DNA of 17,868 nucleotides from a virus (Duplodnaviria; Heunggongvirae; Uroviricota; Caudoviricetes): IMG/VR virus record IMGVR_UViG_2617271049_000015, positions 1 to 17,868 of that record; one strand, 5' to 3'. Shown piece by piece: positions 9,044 to 17,455 of this stretch (position 1 is its first letter; each line of letters starts with the position of its first letter). The notes under the pieces were generated by a model. It saw only the letters and a program-made list of their open reading frames with translations, ran no database searches and was not told where the DNA came from. The position numbers and the translations under genes were made by a program.

Positions 9044-9250
9044 ATGAATAAAGAACAATCTGCTGATGATCCCTCCGTGGATCTGATTCGTGTAAAAAAT
9101 ATGCTTAATAGCACCATTTCTATGAGTTACCCTGATGTTGTAATTGCATGTATAGAACATAAGGTGTCTCTGGAAGCATTCAGAGCAATTGAGGCAGCGT
9201 TGGTGAAGCACGATAATAATATGAAGGATTATTCCCTGGTGGTTGACTGA
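9044..9250 (+). CDS. ybcW: Lambdoid right-end small protein, YbcW-like (68 aa)
   Basis: ATG with GGAG upstream; region matches my memory of the lambda right arm. Confidence 0.75.
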
Positions 9251-9414
9251 TCACCATAACTGCTAATCATTCAAACTATTTAGCCTGTGACAGAGCCAAC
9301 ACGCAGTCTGTCACTGTCAGGAAAGTGGTAAAACTGCAACTCAATTACTGCAATGCCCTCGTAATTAAGTGAATTTACAATATCGTCCTGTTCGGAGGGA
9401 AGAACGCGGGATGT

Positions 9415-9609
9415 TCATTCTTCATCACTTTTAATTGATGTATATGCTCTCTTTTCTGACGTTAGTCTCCGACGGCAGGCTTCAATGACCCAGGCTGAGA
9501 AATTCCCAGACCCTTTTTGCTCAAGAGCGATGTTAATTTGTTCAATCATTTGGTTAGGAAAGCGGATGTTGCGGGTTGTTGTTCTGCGGGTTCTGTTCTT
9601 AGTTGACAT
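9415..9609 (-). CDS. ylcI: Small basic protein, YlcI-like (64 aa)
   Basis: ATG at 9609; basic N-terminus (TRRTTTRNIRFPNQMIEQI) compatible with a ribbon-helix-helix DNA binder. Confidence 0.7.
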   Translation of the reverse strand: MSTKNRTRRTTTRNIRFPNQMIEQINIALEQKGSGNFSAWVIEACRRRLTSEKRAYTSIKSDEE

Positions 9610-9779
9610 GAGGTTGCCCCGTATTCAGTGTCGCTGATTTGTATTGTCTGAAGTTGTTTTTACGTTAAGTTGATGCAGATCAATTAATACGATACCTGCG
9701 TCATAATTGATTATTTGACGTGGTTTGATGGCGTAGATGCACGTTGTGACATGTAGATGATAATTATTATCATTTTGCG

Positions 9780-9990
9780 GGTCCTTTCCGGCGATCCGAC
9801 AGGTTACGGGGCGGCGACCTCGCGGGTTTTCGCTATTTATGAAAATTTTCCGGTTTAAGGTGTTTCCGTTCTTCTTCGTCGTAACTTAATGTTTTTATTT
9901 AAAATACCCCCTGAAAAGAAAGGAAACGACAGGTGCTGAAAACGGGCTTTTTGGCCTCTGTCGTTTCCTTTCTCTGTTTTTGTCCGTGGA
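9780..9990. other. cos: Lambda-type cos site: 12-nt cohesive end GGGCGGCGACCT at 9809-9820, with the upstream cosQ side and the downstream cosB (R3, R2, R1 boxes)
   Basis: ACAGGTTACG|GGGCGGCGACCTCGCGGGTTTTCGCTATTTATGAAAATTTTCCGG... matches the lambda right-end/left-end junction nearly base for base from memory; GTTTCC-type R boxes at about 9870, 9925 and 9963. Confidence 0.85.
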
Positions 9991-9997
9991 ATGAGCA

Positions 9998-10123
9998 ATG
10001 GAAGTCAACAAAAAGCAGCTGGCTGACATTTTCGGTGCGAGTATCCGTACCATTCAGAACTGGCAGGAACAGGGAATGCCCGTTCTGCGAGGCGGTGGCA
10101 ACGCGCTATTCATTCCATTCTGA
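9998..10123 (+). pseudogene. nohD: Truncated terminase small subunit (Nu1/NohD N-terminal HTH only, 41 codons)
   Basis: MEVNKKQLADIFGASIRTIQNWQEQGMPVLRGGG matches the lambda Nu1 N-terminus, then diverges and stops; the rest of nu1 and all of gene A are absent. Confidence 0.8.
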
Positions 10124-10133
10124 TGAGTAATAA

Positions 10134-10562
10134 AGGCGATACCGTAGACAGCGTATTCTATATAGAAGGTGGGGCATTTCCCGTACCCATAGTTTAAGTG
10201 GCAGCACGAATGCAGCTGGTAATCACAGCCATAGAGATGGCCGTCGATTTAACCCCAGTGTTTTTAAAGATACTTATCAATATGGTTATACAAGCTCAGG
10301 TCAAAATACCTGGGGTGTACAAGGCTCAGTAGGTATGTCTACGGGGTGGTTAGCTAATACCAGTACAGATGGTAATCATAGCCACTCACTGTCCGGCACA
10401 GCAGCATCTGCAGGTGCACACGCGCATACTGTCGGTATTGGTGCTCATACGCACTCCGTTGCGATTGGTTCACATGGACACACCATCACCGTTAACGCTG
10501 CTGGTAACGCGGAAAACACCGTCAAAAACATCGCATTTAACTATATTGTGAGGCTTGCATAA
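10134..10562 (+). pseudogene. Side tail-fibre C-terminal fragment (no start codon)
   Basis: Frame open from the stop at 10131; His/Gly/Ser-rich C-terminal repeats (HSHSLSGTAASAGAHAHTVGIGAHTHS...) typical of lambdoid side tail fibres; 5' end missing. Confidence 0.75.
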
Positions 10563-11146
10563 TGGCATTCAGAATGAGTGAACAACCACGGACCATAAAA
10601 ATTTATAATCTGCTGGCCGGAACTAATGAATTTATTGGTGAAGGTGACGCATATATTCCGCCTCATACAGGTCTGCCAGCAAACAGTACCGATATTGCAC
10701 CGCCAGATATTCCGGCAGGCTTCGTGGCTGTTTTCAACAGTGATGAGTCATCGTGGCATCTCGTTGAAGATCATCGGGGTAAAACGGTTTATGACGTGGC
10801 TTCCGGCGACGCGTTATTTATTTCTGAACTCGGTCCGTTACCGGAAAATGTTACCTGGTTATCGCCGGAAGGAGAGTTTCAGAAGTGGAACGGCACAGCC
10901 TGGGTGAAGGATACGGAAGCAGAAAAACTGTTCCGGATCCGGGAGGCGGAAGAAACAAAAAACAACCTGATGCAGGTAGCCAGTGAGCATATTGCGCCGC
11001 TTCAGGATGCTGCAGATCTGGAAATCGCAACGGAGGAAGAAATCTCGTTGCTGGAAGCATGGAAAAAGTATCGGGTATTGCTGAACCGTGTTGATACATC
11101 AACTGCACCTGATATTGAGTGGCCTACGAACCCTGTCAGGGAGTAA
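10562..11146 (+). CDS. tfaD: Tail-fibre assembly protein (Tfa family, 194 aa)
   Basis: ATG overlaps the tail-fibre stop (TAATG); Tfa-type chaperone C-terminus; follows the fibre gene as in lambda stf-tfa. Confidence 0.85.
   Translation: MAFRMSEQPRTIKIYNLLAGTNEFIGEGDAYIPPHTGLPANSTDIAPPDIPAGFVAVFNSDESSWHLVEDHRGKTVYDVASGDALFISELGPLPENVTWLSPEGEFQKWNGTAWVKDTEAEKLFRIREAEETKNNLMQVASEHIAPLQDAADLEIATEEEISLLEAWKKYRVLLNRVDTSTAPDIEWPTNPVRE
10982..11104 (+). repeat. Direct repeat copy A (tfaD 3' end), about 88% identical to copy B
   Basis: Aligned by eye against 12031-12153. Confidence 0.8.
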
Positions 11147-11160
11147 TCATTGGGATTATG

Positions 11161-11193
11161 CCGCAGCACGTCTTAAGCAAGAACGTGCTGCGG
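11161..11193. terminator. Long hairpin between convergent tfaD and ybcY
   Basis: CCGCAGCACG(TCTT-AAGC-AAGA, one-base bulge)CGTGCTGCGG; a T6 run follows about 10 nt downstream on the plus strand. Confidence 0.5.
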
Positions 11194-11200
11194 TTGGATG

Positions 11201-11869
11201 CTATTTTTTCCCTGAAGCGGAAAACATTACTACAGTACCTTGAACCTTGGTTTTAACATTCTCGAAATGCTCTGAGAGTATATGTGTTAAGCCTTCTTCG
11301 GAATCTTTTGTGTTTGAAAAGATGCCTTTCTGATTGTAAATGCGCATCAGTTTTTGACCGAAGCTATTGTGCACAACTCCATCGCCAAGAATTGTGGCTC
11401 CGTATAGAGTTCCATCGTCAGTTAAGGCCTGCGCCGCATTGCGTATTACACAGCTTTTTGTAGATATATTTCCAGGCAGGCAGTGAAGAAGGTAAAACAT
11501 GGAAATGGAATCAAATTGACCATGTAACGCCGCGGGATAAGGTTCAAAAACATCATGGCTAATTTTATGTTTAATTTTTGATTCCCCAGCCCTTGTAGAT
11601 GCCGCGTTCAGGCTAGCTTCGTTCAAATCCATTAAAGATATCAGACTACTCTCAGGTACGTGAGTAAGGTAAAACCCAGTTCCAACACCAATATCCAGAT
11701 GGTTGTTACCTAAATGTTCCAGAAAGTGTGGAAGAAGGTGTTCCTTTGTAGGACATCCCCATGCAAGCCGATTTGATACTCCCAAAACCCACCAGTCATA
11801 AAGCTTTAGGGTAAGTGGTGTGTAAATTTTAGCCCCATCATCTGTGTTTTTTCTCATTAATTTCACCAT
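11201..11869 (-). CDS. ybcY: Class I SAM-dependent methyltransferase (222 aa), apparently intact
   Basis: Motif I HLDIGVGTGFYL; uninterrupted frame (an alternative ATG lies 4 codons in). Confidence 0.8.
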   Translation of the reverse strand: MVKLMRKNTDDGAKIYTPLTLKLYDWWVLGVSNRLAWGCPTKEHLLPHFLEHLGNNHLDIGVGTGFYLTHVPESSLISLMDLNEASLNAASTRAGESKIKHKISHDVFEPYPAALHGQFDSISMFYLLHCLPGNISTKSCVIRNAAQALTDDGTLYGATILGDGVVHNSFGQKLMRIYNQKGIFSNTKDSEEGLTHILSEHFENVKTKVQGTVVMFSASGKK

Positions 11870-11925
11870 GTTATAGTTTTATTTGTGAATTAAATCAATT
11901 ATGGCGATGAATTACAAGGGGTTAA

Positions 11926-12231
11926 ATGCTGCCGCAGCATAGCGATATTGAAATAGCCTGGTATGCTTCGATACAACAGGAGCCGAATGGCTGGAAGACC
12001 GTCACCACACAGTTCTACATCCAGGAATTCAGTGAGTATATTGCGCCACTGCAGGATGCTGTAGATCTGGAAATCGCAACGGAGGAAGAAAGATCGTTGC
12101 TGGAGGCATGGAATAAATATCGGGTATTGTTGAATCGAGTTGATACATCAGTAGCTCTGGGTATGAAGCTGTTTGTAACTCATGTTACAGTAACAGTCAT
12201 TACTATCTCGAAGGTGCAAAATGTATATTGA
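11926..12231 (+). pseudogene. tfaX: Tail-fibre assembly protein remnant (Tfa C-terminal homology only)
   Basis: Middle of the ORF ([37 protein letters not shown]) duplicates the tfaD C-terminus; no Tfa N-terminal domain. Confidence 0.7.
12031..12153 (+). repeat. Direct repeat copy B (inside tfaX remnant)
   Basis: Aligned by eye against 10982-11104. Confidence 0.8.
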
Positions 12232-12359
12232 TTTGATATTTTATAAATTTACTTCGAATCTGGCACGTCAACTTTTGATTAAAGTAATATCAGTTTTCGG
12301 CGAAAAAAGGACCGTGTACATGAGACGATTTCATACAATAATAACAAAAATATGAATAT

Positions 12360-12393
12360 GCTCCCAATGCAATATATGTTTTGCATTGGGAGC
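12360..12393. terminator. Perfect 12-bp inverted repeat between convergent tfaX and the hydrolase gene
   Basis: GCTCCCAATGCA-10 nt loop-TGCATTGGGAGC; AT-rich flanks with a T5 run on the minus-strand side. Confidence 0.45.
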
Positions 12394-12414
12394 AAATAGC
12401 GGAATATTTTGAAA

Positions 12415-13899
12415 TTATTGTATTTCTGCTTCAGAATTTCCTGGGCAGTATATATTTTCTATTTTTTGTGGAGTGATCAGGTGATGTACAACTGCTTTAT
12501 CTACACATAAATTAACTCCGGTGAGAGCTAATGTATGCCCATCACCATTTATTGTTAGTAACGGGCTGGAAAATTTCTCTGCCATCTTACGGGCATTAAT
12601 CCAGGGCGTTGTTGGGTCGTATTTGTGTGCTACAAACAGTAAACCAGAGGGCAGAACAGTATTTTTCAGGCGAGTTTTGTTCAGGTCGCTATGTATTGGC
12701 CATAATTCACAAAAATCAGGTGAATCGGAACGTCCATTGTCAAAGTTAATAGCCGGGAAGGCATTCGCAAGAGCGTCTTTTCGGGATTTTCGCTCTTCTG
12801 GTGTTAATTGCTCATCCCCCTGATCTACACAGAGGATTACCCCCGAAGCATCGCTTGACTCTTCTGAGGCTATCGGAGCACTGAGCGCAGTTTCAATTTC
12901 ATTACTGACAATCCCCTGAGAGAACTGGCGTATGGCAGTTGCAAGGGTTGGCCATGATGAACGCCATAGCAGAAGGTCTGTTGTTAATGATATGAGTTCA
13001 TCTGAAGATATATTTTCTCTCTTACTGTCTAATAAAGGTTTGTGATGTAATTTTGATAATAGCTCATGGAACTGAGTTATTGCCTTATCTCTGTCTGAAG
13101 AAAGCGGGCAACTTTTTGTACGCGCACACCAGGATGCAAAGCGATCAAACGTTTCCTGATAACTCTGTGCCTGTTTGAGTTGCCATGTGAAGTTGTCCTC
13201 CAGGTCATCGATATCGACGACTCCATCAAGAACGATAGATCTTACGTTGTAGGGAAAACGTTCTGCATATAAGGCTGCAATTTGAGTTCCATACGAATAC
13301 GCCACGGCTGTCAGTTGTTTATCCCCCAAGGCTTGCCTAATACGATCAATATCGTATACAGCCTCGTTAGAGCCGATATGGCGAATGACTTCGGCTCCGG
13401 TATTATGGATACAGGCATTAATTTTATTTAATACTTGTTGCTTTTCGGTTATGTTTTCCTGAGTCTCTGTATCTGATTGCCGGCAGTTTATTGTCGGAGT
13501 GGACTGTCCGACGCCTCGAGGATCAAATCCAATAATATCCCATGACTCACGAAGATTTGTGACTGGCCAGTCAAAGTTAATATAAGGATTTATGCCTGGT
13601 AACCCGGGACCACCACTTATTATCAGGATACTTCCTTTATGCTTGCTTTTTGCCGGCAATTTTGTCAACGCTAGTTTGACTTGTGATTTTTTTTCATAAG
13701 AAGCATCTCCGCCTGTGTCTGTATATTTTAATGGAACAGACAAATAACCACATAGTAAGTCAGGAGACGGTTTTTCCTCACCAAACCAGTGGTTGAATTG
13801 ACTGGCCATACAGGATTGCCACTGTATCTGCTGGGCAGATACGGTTACTGGTAGAAGTAACGTTAAAACAACTTTGAAATGAGTAATTATTTTTCGCAT
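12415..13899 (-). CDS. Secreted alpha/beta-hydrolase, S33-like (prolyl/tripeptidyl aminopeptidase-type) serine peptidase, 494 aa
   Basis: Signal peptide MRKIITHFKVVLTLLLPVTVSAQQ; oxyanion-hole-like SGGPG; nucleophile elbow AYSYG; C-terminal GDGH histidine; AT-rich codon usage; not in the K-12 layout, where appY sits at this position as I recall. Confidence 0.8.
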   Translation of the reverse strand: MRKIITHFKVVLTLLLPVTVSAQQIQWQSCMASQFNHWFGEEKPSPDLLCGYLSVPLKYTDTGGDASYEKKSQVKLALTKLPAKSKHKGSILIISGGPGLPGINPYINFDWPVTNLRESWDIIGFDPRGVGQSTPTINCRQSDTETQENITEKQQVLNKINACIHNTGAEVIRHIGSNEAVYDIDRIRQALGDKQLTAVAYSYGTQIAALYAERFPYNVRSIVLDGVVDIDDLEDNFTWQLKQAQSYQETFDRFASWCARTKSCPLSSDRDKAITQFHELLSKLHHKPLLDSKRENISSDELISLTTDLLLWRSSWPTLATAIRQFSQGIVSNEIETALSAPIASEESSDASGVILCVDQGDEQLTPEERKSRKDALANAFPAINFDNGRSDSPDFCELWPIHSDLNKTRLKNTVLPSGLLFVAHKYDPTTPWINARKMAEKFSSPLLTINGDGHTLALTGVNLCVDKAVVHHLITPQKIENIYCPGNSEAEIQ

Positions 13900-14037
13900 T
13901 GTGTCTCTGAATATCGGAATAAAGATAAGATTTGAATATATTGAGGTCTTGTGTTGCGGTAAGAGATTACACGTTATGACATAGGTTAAATGCTTACAAA
14001 ATTAGTGGATATTGCCTACTTGTAACTGTAAACAAAT

Positions 14038-14066
14038 TCCCCGGGGTTATACAATACCACCGGGGA
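14038..14066 (-). terminator. Hairpin downstream of the ompT stop
   Basis: TCCCCGG-loop-CCGGGGA followed on the minus strand by a T-rich tract (AATTTGTTTAC). Confidence 0.4.
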
Positions 14067-14085
14067 GAAAATCTGGTTAACTTCG

Positions 14086-15039
14086 TTAAAAGGTGTACTT
14101 AAGACCAGCAGTAGTGATGAAGTTATAGTTTTCTATGCCTGCACCATTTTTGCTGTAGTCTGAAGTGTTATCATTGTGATCATAAAGTGAAGTATTACCT
14201 TTTTTATTCGTAACCCGATTCCATGCGCCTTCAACATAAACTTTTGCGTTAGGTGTTACGTAATAACCTGCATTGACTGCAACAGAATAGTAATTTTGGT
14301 CTTTGACTTTACTGCGATAAGTGATTCTTTTTCCTGGGTCATAGTGCTCATCGTTATCAGATGCTTCCACCCAGCCGCTGTATTTAAATGTGCCACCTAG
14401 CTCAAAATCTTCATAACGATAACTTCCAGTCAAGCCAATGTAGGGCATTTTAAAACGTTGTTTGTAGCCGATTGCTCTTTCTCCAGTCGGGAAGGAGCCG
14501 ATATCATCTCTGAATCCCTCCTCAGAACTGTAGATATAGGAACCACCTCTGGCTGTAAAGCTATAACGGCTTTCCTGATATCCGGCCATGAGTCCCAGGC
14601 GGTAATTGGGTTCGTTGAGGAGCCAGCCTTTGATATTCAGATCAAATTCGTTGGCATAATTGAGTTGTGTATCAGGGTGCCTACTTTCATCTGTCCAGGT
14701 TCCGGGGTTACTGGAATCCATCCAGTCCTGATCGACCATATTGCCACCTCGGCTGCCGAGAGTAGTCCAGCCCGCAGCCCCAATAGATATCTGGGGCATC
14801 AAATCCCAATTAATTGCACCTTTAATAATTGCAGCGTTATTGAATTTCCAGTCGAGTTGACTGACTTTTCGGCCTCCTTCTTCAGCTAGATAAACGCGCT
14901 CTTTTGTTTTTCCGCTCAGAGTTCCAAGACTAATGTCCGCATTTATGTTGTCAGGAGTAAACGATATAGTCTCGGTAGAAGCAAAAGAGCTGATCGCAAT
15001 AGGGGTTGTCAGAACTATTCCCAGAAGTTTCGCCCGCAT
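14086..15039 (-). CDS. ompT: Outer-membrane protease OmpT (omptin), 317 aa
   Basis: Full-length match to OmpT from memory, with signal peptide and C-terminal beta-strand ending in F. Confidence 0.95.
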   Translation of the reverse strand: MRAKLLGIVLTTPIAISSFASTETISFTPDNINADISLGTLSGKTKERVYLAEEGGRKVSQLDWKFNNAAIIKGAINWDLMPQISIGAAGWTTLGSRGGNMVDQDWMDSSNPGTWTDESRHPDTQLNYANEFDLNIKGWLLNEPNYRLGLMAGYQESRYSFTARGGSYIYSSEEGFRDDIGSFPTGERAIGYKQRFKMPYIGLTGSYRYEDFELGGTFKYSGWVEASDNDEHYDPGKRITYRSKVKDQNYYSVAVNAGYYVTPNAKVYVEGAWNRVTNKKGNTSLYDHNDNTSDYSKNGAGIENYNFITTAGLKYTF

Positions 15040-15382
15040 AAAAGTTCTCCATTCAATCGTTTTAATGATTGAATATGTATTTTTTATATCTAACTTAATG
15101 AGTCAATCACATATTGCTCCACTGTTTATATTTTGTTTAGTATTGAATGATTATCACAATGCGCTATCTGTTTTTGGTTTAATTATCTGTTATTGTTTTA
15201 TGTTGCGGTTTTACTGTGTGGTTTTTTATGCTTTTGTGGTGTTTTTATCTATTTAAGCGCCATGCCTTTAAAGGCATATAAGCGAAAATATCATGAGGTT
15301 TATCCTCAATTGCTATGTTTTTTAGTACAAAAAAGAGGGACAAAACTGAGACACATAAGGCCTCACAATGGCTTGCAAGGCT

Positions 15383-15392
15383 NNNNNNNNNN
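15383..15392. other. Run of 10 N: assembly/scaffold gap
   Basis: Literal nnnnnnnnnn in the sequence; the reading frame changes character across it. Confidence 0.97.
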
Positions 15393-16154
15393 GATACGGT
15401 GTGGAGCGGGGAATATGATGAATGGGGCAACCTGCTGAATAAGGAGAACCCGCATCACCTGTACCAGCCATACCGTCTGCCAGGGCAGCAGTACGATGAG
15501 GAGTCGGGGCTGTACTATAACCGGAACCGGTACTACGATCCGTTGCAGGGGAGATATATTACTCAGGACCCGATGGGGTTGAAAGGGGGATGGAATTTAT
15601 ATCAGTATCCTTTAAATCCACTACAACAAATTGACCCTATGGGATTATTGCAGACTTGGGATGATGCCAGATCTGGAGCATGTACGGGGGGAGTTTGTGG
15701 TGTTCTTTCACGTATAATAGGACCAAGTAAATTTGATAGTACTGCAGATGCTGCGTTAGATGCTTTGAAAGAAACGCAGAATAGATCTCTATGTAATGAT
15801 ATGGAATACTCTGGTATTGTCTGTAAAGATACTAATGGAAAATATTTTGCATCTAAGGCAGAAACTGATAATTTAAGAAAGGAGTCATATCCTCTGAAAA
15901 GAAAATGTCCCACAGGTACAGATAGAGTTGCTGCTTATCATACTCACGGTGCAGATAGTCATGGCGATTATGTTGATGAATTTTTTTCAAGTAGCGATAA
16001 AAATCTTGTAAGAAGTAAAGATAATAATCTTGAAGCATTTTATCTCGCAACACCTGATGGACGATTTGAGGCACTTAATAATAAAGGAGAATATATTTTT
16101 ATCAGAAATAGTGTCCCGGGATTGAGTTCAGTATGCATACCGTATCATGATTAA
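15393..16154 (+). CDS. Rhs protein 3' end (5'-truncated at the gap): conserved core terminus with DPxGL motif, then a ~168 aa Cys-rich C-terminal toxin domain of unrecognised family
   Basis: [10 protein letters not shown]...[32 protein letters not shown] is the Rhs core end (DPMGL at 15633-15647); the following domain has 6 Cys and an [10 protein letters not shown] cluster. The supplied ORF start at 15315 lies before the gap and is not part of the gene. Confidence 0.8.
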   Translation, partial: DTVWSGEYDEWGNLLNKENPHHLYQPYRLPGQQYDEESGLYYNRNRYYDPLQGRYITQDPMGLKGGWNLYQYPLNPLQQIDPMGLLQTWDDARSGACTGGVCGVLSRIIGPSKFDSTADAALDALKETQNRSLCNDMEYSGIVCKDTNGKYFASKAETDNLRKESYPLKRKCPTGTDRVAAYHTHGADSHGDYVDEFFSSSDKNLVRSKDNNLEAFYLATPDGRFEALNNKGEYIFIRNSVPGLSSVCIPYHD

Positions 16155-16193
16155 TTTTAATGCTTTTATTAGTGGGGCCTATAAGGAGATTCA

Positions 16194-16562
16194 ATGAAAT
16201 ATAGTTCAACATTTTCGATGCTTTCATTTTTTATACTATTTGCCTGTAATGAGACAGCTGTTTACGGTTCTGATGAAAACATTATTTTTATGAGGTATGT
16301 GGAAAAATTACATTTAGATAAATACTCTGTTAAAAATACGGTAAAAACTGAAACAATGGCGATACAATTAGCTGAAATATATGTTAGGTATCGCTATGGC
16401 GAACGGATTGCAGAAGAAGAAAAACCATATTTAATTACGGAACTACCAGATAGTTGGGTTGTTGAGGGAGCAAAGTTACCTTATGAAGTTGCGGGTGGTG
16501 TATTTATTATAGAAATTAATAAGAAAAATGGATGTGTTTTGAATTTCCTACATAGTAAATAA
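16194..16562 (+). CDS. Putative Rhs immunity protein (122 aa) with signal peptide and lipobox-like Cys
   Basis: AAGGAG SD 5 nt upstream; N-terminus [18 protein letters not shown]; sits directly 3' of the toxin domain; stop overlaps the next ATG (TAATG). Confidence 0.65.
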   Translation: MKYSSTFSMLSFFILFACNETAVYGSDENIIFMRYVEKLHLDKYSVKNTVKTETMAIQLAEIYVRYRYGERIAEEEKPYLITELPDSWVVEGAKLPYEVAGGVFIIEINKKNGCVLNFLHSK

Positions 16563-17259
16563 TGCTGGCGCTGATGGATGCGGATGGAAACATTGCGTGG
16601 AGCGGGGAGTATGATGAGTGGGGCAACCAGCTGAATGAAGAGAGCCCGCATCACCTGTATCAGCCATACGTCTGCCGGGCCAGCAGTACGATGAGGAGTC
16701 GGGGCTGGATTATAACCGTCACCGGTACTACGATCCGTTGCAGGGGCGGTATATCACCCAGGACCCCATTGGGCTGAAAGGCGGGTGGAATCTGTATCAG
16801 TATCCGCTGAATCCGGTGAGCAGGATAGATCCGTTGGGGTTATTCTCATGTGAGAGTTGTAGTCATTTTATAGATGATATAAATAATAAACTGGATAACC
16901 TTCCGTTTAACCCGACAAAAATGTTTACAGCTAGTTTAAATACTGCTAATTCAGCAAGGCTGTATGCAAGTGGCATGACAAAATTCGGTATAAGTGTTGC
17001 TGCCGATGGAACGATCATTGCTGCCCCAGTCGGTGCAGCTTCTATGGCTTTAGGGGCGTGGAATATAAAATCTGCGACAGCTGCATATAACAGAGCAAAT
17101 TTACAATTATCAGAATCACTTCAGGAAAATGGTAGAGATAGGTGTTGGAGAAATTTATTGGGTGTTTTACCTTATGGTGAGCAGTTTGATGACCCTGTGA
17201 ACCATCAATATTTGACGTTTATGGTGAAAAGATTGAGAATATCAAAGATTCTCCAATGA
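16562..17259 (+). pseudogene. Orphan Rhs core-end plus C-terminal toxin module, interrupted by a 1-nt frameshift near 16668
   Basis: Second copy of the Rhs core end ([24 protein letters not shown] / [13 protein letters not shown]...DPLGL) split over two frames; CATACGTCTGCC here versus CATACCGTCTGCC in the first copy; the toxin domain has a Gly/Ala-rich hydrophobic segment. Confidence 0.7.
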
Positions 17260-17293
17260 AGTTTTTTGAAGAGCTTGGGACGCTGGGGTTGTA

Positions 17294-17455
17294 ATGTGTA
17301 TTTTTAATGATATTTTTATGTTTGTGTTTATTGTTAGTAGTATACTTGTAACCGTGCATTTTGTGTATTCTTTATTTTTTAAAAGTGGAAAGGTAAAAGA
17401 TAAGGTAAAAAAATGGATTAAAGTAATGTGTGATTTATTTTGGGGGATAGGATAG
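17294..17455 (+). CDS. Small hydrophobic ORF (53 aa), possible immunity protein for the second toxin
   Basis: Not in the supplied track (under 60 aa); one predicted TM helix then a Lys-rich tail; start follows a 12-codon mini-ORF that itself overlaps the toxin stop; weak SD. Confidence 0.3.
   Translation: MCIFNDIFMFVFIVSSILVTVHFVYSLFFKSGKVKDKVKKWIKVMCDLFWGIG

Noticed and set aside
8878-9211. Minus-strand ORFs of 79 and 68 aa overlapping ybcW
   Set aside because: No SD and antisense to the lambda-like ybcW; low confidence either way, but the plus-strand gene has a GGAG-ATG start.
9287-9314. 8-bp inverted repeat (GTGACAGA / TCTGTCAC) between ybcW and ylcI
   Set aside because: No U-tract on either side; part of lambda-like sequence; function cannot be assigned from sequence.
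9933-10130. 65-aa plus-strand ORF across cosB and the nohD start
   Set aside because: Out of frame with the recognisable Nu1 N-terminus that starts at 9998; covers the cosB R sites, which are DNA elements.
10369-11108. Alternate-frame and antisense ORFs (60, 93, 85 aa) inside the tail-fibre and tfaD region
   Set aside because: Overlap genes with clear tail-fibre and Tfa homology; translations are Pro/Leu/Arg-rich frame shadows.
12521-12823. Plus-strand 100-aa ORF inside the hydrolase gene
   Set aside because: Antisense to a 494-aa gene with signal peptide and catalytic motifs.
14458-15256. Plus-strand ORFs (143 and 107 aa) over ompT and its upstream region
   Set aside because: Antisense to ompT, or within the AT-rich promoter region with low-complexity hydrophobic translation.
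15193-15438. ORFs spanning the N-gap, including the MFFSTKKRDK... start of the supplied 279-aa ORF at 15315
   Set aside because: Frames run through the 10-N run; the sequence before the gap is unrelated to the Rhs core and the apparent N-terminus is an artefact.
15602-16074. Minus-strand ORFs of 103 and 73 aa inside the Rhs toxin domain
   Set aside because: Antisense to the Rhs frame, which continues directly from the conserved core motif.
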